Position numbers and translations under genes: made by a program. From the NCBI GenBank assembly GCA_905178155.1, contig CAJINV010000015.1, positions 1,604,538 to 1,668,537 on the forward strand: a stretch of 64,000 nucleotides of DNA, in the 5' to 3' direction. Position 1 is the stretch's first letter, and the number at the start of each line of letters is the position of its first letter. Below the pieces are notes generated by a model. It worked only from the letters and a program-made list of their open reading frames with translations. It was not told the DNA's origin and did no database searches. This DNA comes from Amoebophrya sp. A120 (Eukaryota > Protista > Dinoflagellata). This document shows positions 23,701 to 35,648 of the stretch, piece after piece.

Positions 23701-26700
23701 AAAAACACGCGCCCCATCTGAGCCCGCGGAGGAAATAAAAAAAGAAAAAGCCCCACCGCCAAGAATCTGCCGACTTGCTTCGCGAAATCGCTTGCGAAAA
23801 GTTCGCAGAAACCCAGCCGAAACGACCCCCCGAAAAAAGTCGCGCGCGATTTTGGCAAGCGGGCGGGGCAATCTCGAAAAGAAATCGGGCGGGGGCGTGT
23901 GAATATTCTCGCACACCCTTGGCGGGCGTTCTCGAATAACCCGAAGGGGGGCCCGAATAATCGGGCCGAATCTTCTCGAATAGCCAAGAGGGGCAGCCGA
24001 ATACTGACTCAGGGCGAGCGTTCTCGAGCCAATATTCAAGGGGGAAGGCCGAACAACCAGGGGGGGCGAACGCTCGCCAATATTCAAGATGGAAGGAAGG
24101 CCGAATATGCAGGGAGAATAAACGGGCTCAAATATTCAAGAGGGGACGGCGAATATTCAGGGAGAACGCTCGCCAATATTCGAGAAGGGGCTCCGAATAT
24201 TCAGACGATGAATATTCAGGGAGAGGGAGCATCTCGCCGCATCTCTTCAAGAAGGAGCGCCGAATAGTCAGGGAGATAACCCCGCGCCCCCTCCCCAATA
24301 CCCAAGAAGGCGCGCCGAATATTCTGGGCGAGCGTTCTCGAATATTCAAGGGGGGCGCGCCGAATATTCACGGAGGGCATTCCCGAGTATTCAAGGGGGG
24401 GCGCCGATCACTTGGGGCGAGTGCTCTCGACTATTCCGGGGGGAGTGCCGAATATTCAGGAAGAACGCGCCCGAATATCCAAAGTAAGAGGCCCGCCGAA
24501 TATCCAGGGCGGATGTCCCTTCTCCAATATTCAAGAAGGCACGCCGAATATTCCGGGGGAATGTTCTCGAATATTCAAGGGGGCGTGCCGAATATTCAGG
24601 GGGGGCGTTCCTTCTCGAATATTCTTTCAAGGAGAGGCGCCGGCCGAATATTCAGGGCGAATATTCCCGAATATTCAAGGGGGCGCGCCGAATATTCCGG
24701 GAGAATATTCCCGAATATTGGCGGGGGAGCTGCGAAGATTCGGGGGGGATACTCTCGAAAACCCCGGGAGAACATTCTCGAGGATACATACGCAAGGGGG
24801 AATGCCGATCGCGTAAATATTCAGGGGCGGTATTCTCGAATATCCGCAGAGGCTTGCCGAATATTCAGGAAGGCAGCAGATTCAATGCTCGAATATTTAA
24901 GAAAGGCGGGGCGCCGAGTATTCCGGGCGAATGTTCTCGAACATTCAAGGGGGGGCGCCGAACATTCAGGGCGAGCGTTCGTTCTCGAATACCTGGGGGC
25001 GTGGGCCGAATATTCAGGGAAGCTGTTCCCGAATATTTCAGGGGAAGCGCCGAATATTCAGGGAGGGGCCTTCCGAGTACCCAAGGGGGAGCGCCGAATA
25101 TTCAGGGAGAATATTCCCCAATATTCCGAAGCATTTTCCGAAATCCAGGGGGAACCAATGCCACAGATCGGGGGGGATGCTCCCGAACCAATATCCAAGG
25201 GGGGGCGCCGAACATTCAAAAAGGGGCGCCGAATATTCAGGGCGGGTGGGTGTTCGCGAATATCCGAGGGGGAGTGCCGAATATTCAGGGTGAAGGCTTC
25301 TCCAATGTGATGGCGACAGGTGAAGACGACAGGTGGACGCGACAGGTGGGAGCGACAGGCGGGGCCGACAGGTGGCGGCGACAGGTGAGGGCGACAGGTA
25401 AAGGCGACAGGTAAAGGCGACAGGTGAGGCGACACGCGAAGCGACAGGCGAAGCGACAGGCGAAACGGCAGGCGAAGCGACAGGCGAAACGACAGGCGAA
25501 ACGACAGGCGACGACGACAGGCCAAAAGCCGCAGGCCTTCATGCGGTAGGCTCCGCACCAGCAGCAGCAACAAAAAAAATTAAAGAGCTAGCTACCTCCG
25601 CGAGCAAAATTGCAGCGCTTTTATTTTTTTTCACGTGCATAAAATAATAATAATTCCGATTTTTGGTTTTGTACATGAATAAAAATAAAAGCGCTCCTGC
25701 CTTTTTCTTCTCGGAGGTAAGTGAGTCGCTGCGTTTTTTGCTGCTGCTGCTGGTGCGGAACCGCGTGGGATGTTGCCACCTTTGGCCTGTCCCCGGCGCC
25801 TGTCGTTTCGCCTCTCCTTTCGCCTGTCGTTTCGCCTCTCCTTTCGCCCCATTACGAACAAACTCTTTTTTTTCATGGCAGGCGCGTTTTAATTTTCAAA
25901 AATAAATACTGGCTTACTTCTGAAATAAAGCAAATGCTATCTATTTTTGAAAAATAAAAAGCAACTGAGAAGCGCATGCTTTGGAATTTCTTCACTCCGC
26001 CTCAGGTCAATTCATTCACGTGCGTGAGGTAGTTACTTTTTTCGGATAAGAGCAAAGTAATTACTTTTTGCACGTGAATAAAATCGAAAGTAAAAGAATT
26101 ACTTTTTTCCTGTCGAAAGTCAGTAACTCTTTTATTTGTTTTTTGCTTTGAATGTTCGCGCTGCTTGTGCAAAACCGCATGAGAAGTTGCCATTTTTGGC
26201 CTGTCGTCGTCGCCTGTCGTTTCGCCTCTCCTTTTGCCTGTCGTTTCGCCTCTCCTTTCGCCTGTCGTTTCGCCTGTCGTTTCACCTCTCGCCGTCACCT
26301 GTCGCGGTCACCTGTCGCCGTCACCTCTCGTCTGGGGTATGTGATTACAGAACCCGGAAGTCAAGCAATATAAATATTAATCTCATATTCTACCTAATCC
26401 AGCATGACAAATTGCATTTTTCTGGTTTGAAAAATTTGTGATGCAACTCGTACTACACTAGTACGGTACTTTTGCAAATTGCAATGCATATCGCGGAACA
26501 AAAAGCCGCGGCAGTTCTCGTGGCGAAGCTGCACGAGGAACGGAGTATCAAATGCAAATCTGTCTGGGTCTGGAAGAACGCAAGACTTGTCATGCTTGTC
26601 TGGCATGACTGAAGAGTTTGTGATGCCTGTCCAAGAAGAGACCCTTTTGCTTGTCATGCAAAAACGCACTTTGTCATGCGGAAGGCGCAAGAACGTTAAC

Positions 26701-29700
26701 CCTTGCACATATTTCTCATGCTTAGCTGTGCATTACAAAACATTCACAATTCACAACCCAGCATTGCAACTTTCCAGACATACTTATTTGCATTTGATAC
26801 GGAAGCGCCTTCTGCAACAGTTTGTCGACTTGCGCCTTGCGCTGGTGGAGTTGCAGCCGGCGGGTGCAGATCATGGTGGTGCAACTGAAGAAAACAAGAA
26901 CCGAAAGGAACAGGAGAGGCAGACACAGAGTACGAGCGGAGGTGGTAAAAATCAAACACCTGGTCCTGATCAACACAATAATGCCGTCTATGAAACTGAA
27001 GCTGAACAACAAGATGTTGAGAATTACGAAAACGATGCCGCCAGGAGGAAGCGGCTCGCGGATTTTCTGTCGCCGCAGGTGCTGACAGGTTATCCTGAGT
27101 AAAAACATCCCCACCCCAGAGTCCAGATGGAGACTCTGCAACACAAACCTTGAAGTTTTGGGAGTAACGCATGACAAGTTGCAGGCTGTACTGTAGTGCA
27201 GCGTAGCAAGGGAAGCCGCATCCGTCTCCTTATCCTGTTTACAGCATTACAAGTTCCAAAACACAATGGGAAATGCCTCTCATTGGGATGCGCATTACGA
27301 ATGGCGCTCTTGTGCTTGCAAGTCTGCATGACAACTCTGGGGTCGCATTTTGTTTAGCATGACAACTCTGGGGTGGGGATGTTTTTACATAGGATACCGG
27401 TTTCTCTCTCTTCACCTTCGCCTACGTCGGACTGCATCTCGTTTTCCCTCGGCTCGGCCGGCGATTCGGCACCGTTCTGGCGGCTTTGCACCTCAGTCAC
27501 GGTCTGGTCGTGCGAGAGCAAGTGTTTGGAAAACCGATTTTAAAAACCCTCTGCGGACCGAAGCTAGAGCGGTGTAACTTCCACTACCGGATGCAGGACA
27601 GAATCGTCGAGATGCTTTTACTATGAACTGCAAAAATATCGTACTCGTATAAATGCATTACAAATTTCCTCAGAGTCAGAATGAGAATTAGAATTTGCAA
27701 TGCGGATTTCCCTTAAGAAAAAAATTTGTCATGCAACAATTGCATTTATAAGACTACGATACTTTTGCAGTTCATATTTACTCCTCGGGGATCGAGCAGG
27801 AGGAAGGAACAGTAAAGATAATGCTCCACCCTCCCCAGCAGCCATGGAGCTCCGTGAGGAGATCTTGAAATCGGTTGTGTCGAAAATTGTTCGCGTTTGC
27901 AAACTATGAAATGTAAAAGTGTCTGGGTCTGGAAGAATGCATGTTTGTCATGCTTGTCTGGCATGACTCTTAGATCTGTCATGCACGTTACCCAAAAGCT
28001 CTATTTCTCTGCGATGCAGAAACGCAGTTTGTCATGCAGAATAGGCAACACCTAGAAGCTCAGAAACTTGTCATGCTGAGCCAGCACTTGCAGCCTCATC
28101 ATGAGACGCCACCCAGCATCACAAGTTTCCAGACCCAGACATTTTTACTTTTGATACAAACAACTGCAGGAGAAAGTGCCGCGTCTGACTTTCGACTCGC
28201 TGGTGCAGCAATTTCCGGAACCGAGGAAAATGACAATTACGAGCAGAATTATCAAAGTGAAAAATCCCCCTCCCCACATCGAAAAGGTATGTTTCTGAAA
28301 ATTTGTGTTGCTGATTTGAGGTCACAAATCACGTCTGTCTTGCAAGAAAACAGGCGCAGAGGCTTCCGCACCACTATGGAAGCGATTTGGCATGCTGTTG
28401 CGCCTAGGGGGCACCCGTTTGCAATGCTAAGCAACTAGACCTATACGCCCGTAACTAGGCCGAGGATCTGACTGCGATGCCTTACTGCAAGACAGATCCG
28501 ATTTGTGTACCCAAATCCTGCATCACAGATTTCCACTTCGATATGGGGAGGGGGGATTTTTCCTTTTGATAAGAATAGAGTCAACATCTTCTGAACAAGC
28601 ACCTGCTCCTGTGTTAATGTTGGACGAGGAGGAACAAGGAGGTGCAAGCAGTTCGAATTTTAGTTACAGCAGCACTAGCACAGGCGCAAGAAGAACATCC
28701 TCGGCGATTCCAGATACAGATAAGGACTACAATTTTGACGACAAGAGCTGGAACTGCTATGCTTACCTCACTTCCCTCCTGGATTTCCTGTCTTTTTCCG
28801 CCGAAGCAGCCCAGTACGTCCTCTTTGATGCGATCGTGTGTTCCTGCGAATGGCTCACCCAGTCCCTGGTCTTCCGTGTGTTTTTCCACGACCTCTACAT
28901 TGCGGTATGGCTTTTCGTATGCACTGCAAAAGTATCGTGCTCGTATAAATGCATTACAAATTGTCTCAGCATGAGAAATAGAATTTGTGACGCAGATTTA
29001 CCTTAAGAAAAAGATTAGTAATGCATGATTGCAATACCAATACGAGTGCGATACTTTTTCACAGGATACTTCGACCCAGTGGGCTTACCATGGCTGGCGG
29101 AGGAAGTTGTCGTTTTTTTCATATCCACCGGCGCAGAAGTTCTTGTTCCTTCTGCTGTTGTAAATAGCTGTAGACAGCACGAACGGCGAAGTAATACTCG
29201 TACGATGATTCTTGCAAACGTCAAATATGACAATGTTCTGATGTGTTTTATTCCCAACTGTGTCCAGACGTGCTCTACTTCTACATCAATGCAGGTCCAT
29301 CAACCTTTTGCGGAACTTTCCATACCTCGAGGATTTCTACGACATCTATCAAAGTGAAAAAAGCCCCCACCCCATATTCGGAAACGGAAGATGCGCGAAT
29401 TTGTGATGCTGTATTTGAGTACACAAGTCGCCTTGTATTGCTAGAAGGCCAAGAGACGAAGCTGCGGCCTAAGTTGCAGGTAATCTGTCATGCTGTTTCC
29501 CACTTCCAGTTGCCTCCTGTCATCCTGGAGCTGCAAAGCTTTCCCACGCTAGACAGCACTACAGTCCGCATCTTTTGCCTTCTAGCATCACAAAGCTGAT
29601 TTGTGGCCACAAATCTGCATCACAGATTTCTGTTTTGATATGTGGAGGAGGCATTTTTCATTGTAATAACATCAGCGCTATCTTCGAACACTACGCGGGG

Positions 29701-29717
29701 GTGTTGTTGGCTTTTGA
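17725..29717 (+). CDS. Hypothetical coiled-coil plus transmembrane protein (paralog A)
   Basis: Continuous frame after excising 9 introners including 18265-26490 (…YETLLA|EQKAAAV…); 3' end uncertain (29717 or 29724). Confidence 0.65.
17801..18053. mobile_element. Introner family A
   Basis: TIR; TSD GTTTG. Confidence 0.9.
18620..23440. repeat. GC-rich tandem satellite, about 27 diverged units of about 180 bp
   Basis: Recurrent GGGCTTCGCGCGATAGCCGGAGAAGCAAGGAACAGAGCGGGGCAAGGCTGGCCAGC…TTTTCGGAAAAGCTGGCCAAACTTG. Confidence 0.95.
23900..25290. repeat. Degenerate minisatellite built on the palindrome GAATATTC
   Basis: Dozens of GCCGAATATTCAGGG / CTCGAATATTCAAGG units. Confidence 0.9.
25310..26330. 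repeat. 12-bp microsatellite blocks in inverted arrangement
   Basis: (GGCGAAACGACA)n-like at 25310-25520; (CGCCTGTCGTTT)n-like at 25795-25845 and 26200-26330. Confidence 0.85.
26546..26799. mobile_element. Introner family A
   Basis: TIR; TSD CGGAG/CGGAA. Confidence 0.85.
27091..27396. mobile_element. Introner family D
   Basis: TIR; TSD CAGGT/CCGGT. Confidence 0.85.
27622..27776. mobile_element. Introner family B
   Basis: TIR; TSD TTTAC. Confidence 0.9.
27905..28156. mobile_element. Introner family A
   Basis: TIR; TSD CAAAC. Confidence 0.9.
28250..28571. mobile_element. Introner family G
   Basis: TIR; TSD AGAAT. Confidence 0.9.
28918..29068. mobile_element. Introner family B
   Basis: TIR; TSD TTTCG/CTTCG. 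Confidence 0.85.
29347..29668. mobile_element. Introner family G
   Basis: TIR; TSD ACATC. Confidence 0.85.
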
Positions 29718-30923
29718 CTACTGATGAAATAGATCATCTCCGGGTTGGAAGACAAGATGAAAATGCCGAGCAGTTTGGGAGACATAAGTGCCGTAGTTAA
29801 CCACGCATGTAAGTCATCGACTGTCTGTGCGTGCACGTGTTTCATCGTTTCAGTCATTTCATTCTTGTACGCAATGTCAATCCTGAAAGTCTTCTATGAT
29901 CGAGACTGGCGAGAATATTTGTGTGGATCATGTACCGACTAATTCTATGGTACTAATGCCCAAAAGTCCATTTTCACGTTTCTTACTTTTCGCTTTCCCT
30001 GCTTTCCTCGTTTCTCTTGTTGAGGGAGATGGTATAGCAGCCTATCGAGAAGTTTCGACTACAATCGTGAGCACGTCGGGTTTCATAACCGCGGCGGTTT
30101 GTGACTAGAGCTGCGAAGATAAAGAACATTTTCAACTGCCCTCACCGCAACACGAGCAGCCACTAATGAAAAGAACTTCACAACCCGCTAATGACAAAAA
30201 TGTTTCAGTTCCCCCCGTTTCTAGCAAAGAAATCCTTGCTGCAGCTGGAGCTACTAGTAGCGCTGGGTCATGCAGCTGGCCTGACGAAATGCTCTCGGGC
30301 ATGACAGTATTTTTAGAAAACCACATTCGAGCTGCAGCTCGACTATCCTCGACTTACTGTCTGCTCTACCCTCAGTGTTCGTCTACAAAAACTTTTGTGC
30401 TCGTGCATCCTGTTTACTTATTTCAAATAAATTACTCTTATTGAAATTGATTGATTTTGACAAGCGTGGTTGTAGTTGGTTTTTGTTCTGCTTCCGTCTA
30501 CCAACCATTTGTTTTTTGTGTCGTGTAGTTTGGCGAACTAGTACTAGATCATGATCAAAAAATTTTTCATTAGCACCTTTCTTCCTTTTTTAGAATTCTT
30601 GGAAACTTTTGCAACTCCGTTGGGTCGTCTTCGTGTTGTTTCTATAGTGTGTTTCAAATTGTAGTCGCTTGTTTGAAGGTCGTTCGCGGCTTGCAGTGCT
30701 ATGCTCTACTATGCCTTTCGCAGCTGCAGGCTTAAAAGAAAGTGCGTACTTATATTGCGTAGCTCGAAAGATCGTTGAGTGCCAGGCTGGACCATAGATA
30801 CGTGGTAAGAGATGCAAAAATTTTCTCCTCCACATCCACCAGTTTTTGGACAACTTTTGCTCTATTTGTTTCTCGATAGCCTAGAAATAAACATAAAGCC
30901 CGAACAAAGCTACTGCGAAAATT

Positions 30924-33900
30924 ATGGTAGTAAAAATCCTGATAAAAGCGCACGCCGTCAAAGCTTCTCTCCTCCAGCTCTTCCTGGCAGCCAAAACGGT
31001 GAGACACCGGTCGCGGTGCTACGACTTGGGCTCGTCGGCGAAGAACGCGCTGACGCTGCACAAAATTGTGCTGACGGAAACGCAGGGCTACTTGGAGAGA
31101 AAGGAGTGGGTGAATCAGATTCACAAGCGGGACAGGAAACTCGAACGACTGCAGGATATGCTGGTGGCGGAACAGGTGAAACTAAAAGCTGCAGCAGATG
31201 TTGAACAACTACAAGCGCGTGGTCCCGATTCTTGGCCCGAGCAGCACCTCCAAGCAACATCCGATCATTTGAAGATGAGGACAAATAAAGCGGCCCGCGG
31301 TCCGCTTAGCCGCGTGAATTTTCATCCGTGGCGGCGCGCGCAACGCCTGGAAGACTACCGGATGATGCACGAACACCTCGCGGAGATGGAATCTCTGGAA
31401 GAAGAGCGCAAGAAGATCGTGGGCGCCAACGAGGAGACAAGCTCTTTGAAAAAGAAGCACGCGGAACTGAAGCGGACGGCAATCCGGCTGAAAAAGCAGA
31501 ATATCGAGAAGCTGAAGGAAACCGCGTATTACGCAAGAAAAAAACTATGTGAGTGTAAGTCTGTGATGCAGAAAATGCAAAAAAGTATACACCTGTCATG
31601 CTGGGTGTCTGTCATAAGCTACTCGCATACGTGTTTCCACGTTCTAGCTGCGCACGACAGGTGTTCCCTGCAATTCAAAACGAATTTGTGATGCTGCTCC
31701 TCCTACACCTACGCTTACACAGGTTTTTTTCCTTGATACGTATTCGGCCTTCACCACCGGGCGCGGTTTACTCCCCCTGCTCGGTATCGGGGGCGTGCTG
31801 TTTGGCTACTTCCACTTTCATTTCCGGTTCCCGGCCCTCGCGAAGCCCCTCGGGCACGTGCTCAGCTCTATCTACCTGTTCTACTATTGTGAGCAAAAAT
31901 CCCCCCTCCCCATACCAAAGCGGGATACTTCTGAAAATTTGTGATGCTGATTTGAGGCCACAGATCGTCTCTGTATTGCCAGAAGGCAAATCCAAAAACC
32001 TGGCCGCGTTCTGCAGGCAATTTGTAATGCTGCATGGCCTACCCCTACGGAGGATATGCCTGCCTTGCTAGGCGCCCACACGAAAACGCCCCTACTCCGG
32101 CTTTGTATCTGTTTGCAGTCCTCTATTGCAAGACAAATCCGACTTGTGTACACAAATCCCGCATCACAGATTTCCATTTCGATAAGGGGAGGGGGGATTT
32201 TTCCTTCTGATATCTACGCCGTCGTGTTACTGAAAGGAAAAACTCCCCCCTCCCCATATTGAAGAGGTACGTTCCCGAAAATTTGTGTTGCTGATTTGAG
32301 GTCACAAATCGCATCTGTCTTGCAAGAAGACACGGGCAGAAGCTTCCGCCCCATTATGGAAGCGGTTTGCCATGCTGTTGGGCCTGAAGGGGAGCCGTTT
32401 GCCATGCTGAACAACTAGAGCCATACGCCCCTACCTAGCCCGGGGATCTTGGCGCAATGCCTTCCTGCAATACAAAGCTGATTCGTGTGCACAGCTCCAG
32501 CATCAGAAATTCCGCTTGGATATGGGGAGGGGGGATGTTTCCTTTCGATGCGTGTTTCTCGAAAAGTGCTTTGGCGACAACGTGATCGACTTTCTCACGA
32601 CCAAGCTGCACGTGCCGCCAAGTTTCGCGCTGTTTGATTGGTTATGCATTGCAAAAGTACCGTTACCGTAACCGTACTCGTATAAATGCATTACAAATTT
32701 CCTCAGCTGCATGAGAAATAAAAATTTGTAATGCAGATTTTCGCTAAGAAAAAGATTTCGATTTGTAATGCAAGGCTTGCATTTGTACGAACGAGTACGA
32801 TAGTTTTGCAATGCATATTGGTTCTTCGACTACGCCCTGGACATCGACCGGAACAAAATCTTACTCTCCGATGATTTTCAAACGGTAGTGCGGGAGCTGA
32901 TGTTCCTTTCGCACACCCTGGCTATGCGGTTGGGCAAGACCTTGGAGGAAGTTTTACCCGGGTACGAAACCATGAATTTTGTGGAAGATGATGAGTCCGC
33001 TGGTACCGATCATAGTGTCGCCGACGCAACAACGGCGGGAGGTGTACTACCCGCGACCTCGACTGTATCCGGTGTCGGCGCGGTGCCACCCCAAACTACT
33101 GCGCTACTAGATTCCGCCACTGCCGCATCTTCCTCTGTAACAAGTGAAAACAACTCGTTTTTCGGAACCAGAGCCTCGCCTTCGAATGCGACCATAATAG
33201 GAGACGCAATACTCTACTACTTTTTCGGCCGCAGTAGAACAGACGTCGACGGGGTCGGGGTCGCCGGGAAAAATGCTGGTACGAAAGGCGATCACGATAA
33301 AAATGCTACATTGCCACGAGCAGCTGCAGCACTATTCCAACTGCTGGAAACTATACGAGATTTTCTGTACTATTTGGTCTTCTGGATTCCAGCGAGAGCA
33401 CTTCTTCTTATCTCCACCGGGGCGCATATGGATGTGTCAGAGTTGAAATCGACAAAGTTGAAATAACTTGTAATGCATAAAATCGATACCATGCGCAAGT
33501 CCAATTTGTAAGCGGCGCATGACAAATTTGAGTAGAGTCGAAATCCAGTTTGTAACGCTGTTTGGGTAAGGAGGACGCCTTTTGTGATGCTACTTGAGCA
33601 GCTCTATTTCTACCCCGAAACAGGCTCACAATCTGCCTCCCTTGCCTACTCTGCAAGACAGGCATTTTCTGCGTTGCATTTTATGCATGACAAACTATTT
33701 CAACTTTGACGATTTCAATCCTGACAGTTCCATAGCGCAGACAATAGGTGGCTTTTGCTCGGTCTACTACGGTATCCTGACCACCTGTCTCTCCAAGGTG
33801 TTTGCTGGCCTTCTGGGCACTTTCTGTCACGCATACATGTATTTCTTTCTGAAAAACCCGACGAGGCTCCTGAATGTTGGCATTCCGCTCGTCCTGCTCG

Positions 33901-33959
33901 CGGTGGTCTTTTTAGAACGGTATGTCCAGGGGGAAAAAAATGTCGTGCGGCTCGTGTAG
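30924..33959 (+). CDS. Hypothetical coiled-coil plus transmembrane protein (paralog B)
   Basis: Continuous frame after excising 5 introners; collinear motif similarity to the gene at 17725. Confidence 0.7.
31530..31738. mobile_element. Introner family H
   Basis: TIR; TSD CGTAT. Confidence 0.85.
31885..32212. mobile_element. Introner family G
   Basis: TIR; TSD TCTAC. Confidence 0.9.
32228..32550. mobile_element. Introner family G
   Basis: TIR; TSD CGTGT; right end TG. Confidence 0.85.
32643..32817. mobile_element. Introner family B
   Basis: TIR; TSD TTGGT. Confidence 0.9.
33427..33734. mobile_element. Introner family F
   Basis: TIR; TSD GCGCA. Confidence 0.9.
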
Positions 33960-35648
33960 TGACAGTGAGATTGTTCATGACAGCGTGTATTGTAACGATC
34001 CAACAAGATGAGCAACAGCAATCTTGTAAAGAGATCCTCGGAAAGAGATGTTGTAAGTACTACTCCTGCGAATGTAGTGATTGTCATGCATGCAGCTCGG
34101 AGGTAAGACGAAATAACTAAGATATAGATCATCATCCGAAATGGAGCGACTCCAAAAAAGACTCGCTACACTTCTGGGCCGCGGCGGTTCCTTTTTCCCT
34201 TGGATACACCGGTGTTTATCTGCACGAAGTATTTGGTGGGAAAACATTTGTTTTTCTTTCATCCCGGCAACATGTTTTGATTTCGACGAGCACTAATATA
34301 CGGGTGCTGATTTTTATAAAATCGTTTAGAAAAAGACCTGCGAGGAGGCCCGTCGTCCCATGTTGCAAGCCTGAACGTGTGGAGTTTGTGAAACATCGAC
34401 TCGAGAAACTGCTCTGGAGGGAAGCACAGCTCGGGCTCATCTAGAAGTACTGAAGTTCAGTACGTGCCCTTCAAGGTTTTGTTCGCGAACAAAGGCACTG
34501 CAACTGGCTGTAGAGGTGCCGGTAGATGAAGTTGTCTTCTGGCTTGTACCAAGTTTTTTTTGCAACATCCAACGACGAATATGTATTTTGATTTTCGGTT
34601 TCCATTTGCTTTTATTCTCGTAATATGAGGCCGACTCTGTCTCTGAGGACAATGAATACAACTTGGATCGGTTTTAGTTACGACGTCTCTAACATCATAT
34701 CATCGGTCCGGCTTGTTCCAAGCTTTCGTAGTCGTGCGCCTTTTGGTCCTCCTCGTCCACAGAAGTGTATCGTCATCGTGGATCTCTCGTCGTACGAAGG
34801 AGCATGGTTTTAATCATTCAGTCGGTCACCGTCACGGTATTGGAAGAAACGCTTGAATAAACCCAATATCGGCCCTAACGTCGCCACTTGATGGCCATTT
34901 TCGCGCACTAGGTGAGCACAAAACTGCCGCGCGAAATATTTACGATTCCTCTTTTGTTTCCGCAATCGTCCGGGCTCCTGTGGAGCCGAAGGTGGTTGCG
35001 TACATAGATTCATTGTCGTGACAACATAGCGTCATTGCGTCGCCTTCCGGAAAGGAACGTTTCCTGCATATAACTCCCTTTCCTCGATGTCGCTTATGAT
35101 CTTTGATGCCTCTTTGTTCTTCATTCCAACAGCCTCACAGCATCACCCCTATGTGGCTTCGCTTTTGATGCACCTCCCCCCCGGTGCGAAAAGCATAATT
35201 AAGTAGAGCAATCACAACTGTAGCATAACTTCTCTCGACCCCATAAGACAAAAACGACCGCAATTTTACTTTCAGACTCAAGAAACTCTTTTTTTTTACG
35301 CTTACGCCCCAAGACCGCTACTCCAGTATTTTATTTCTCCAACCTCTATGTACAGTAACAAAAACAATTTTTTTTCCTTTTTGAACTAACTTAAAATATA
35401 CTTTTTCGATTTCGTACGACACCAAGACACAAACTTTTTCGACAACTATCGAGAACGTGCTGAAGTTCCAAAAACAAAAAGAAGCTTTTCAAATGCACCA
35501 TCCACAGTATATCGCAGACGCCGCAGTCTTCTAGCATTTTCATTTTCTACTTTTTAACACCTACTATTTTTTATTCCTTTCACGAAGAAATCACATCAGT
35601 CGCAGAAGGCAAGAACTAGAACCAGCTTCAGAACTGCCACCGAGGACC

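Larger units (their letters stand above)
18265..26490. mobile_element. Giant (8.2 kb) family-B introner carrying satellite arrays
   Basis: TATGCGTTGCAA … TTGCAATGCATA ends; TSD TCGCG on both sides; excision is in frame. Confidence 0.8.

Noticed and set aside
18318-26441. Many overlapping 100-330 aa ORFs on both strands
   Set aside because: Translations of GC-rich satellite repeats; no domain motifs and no transposase signature.
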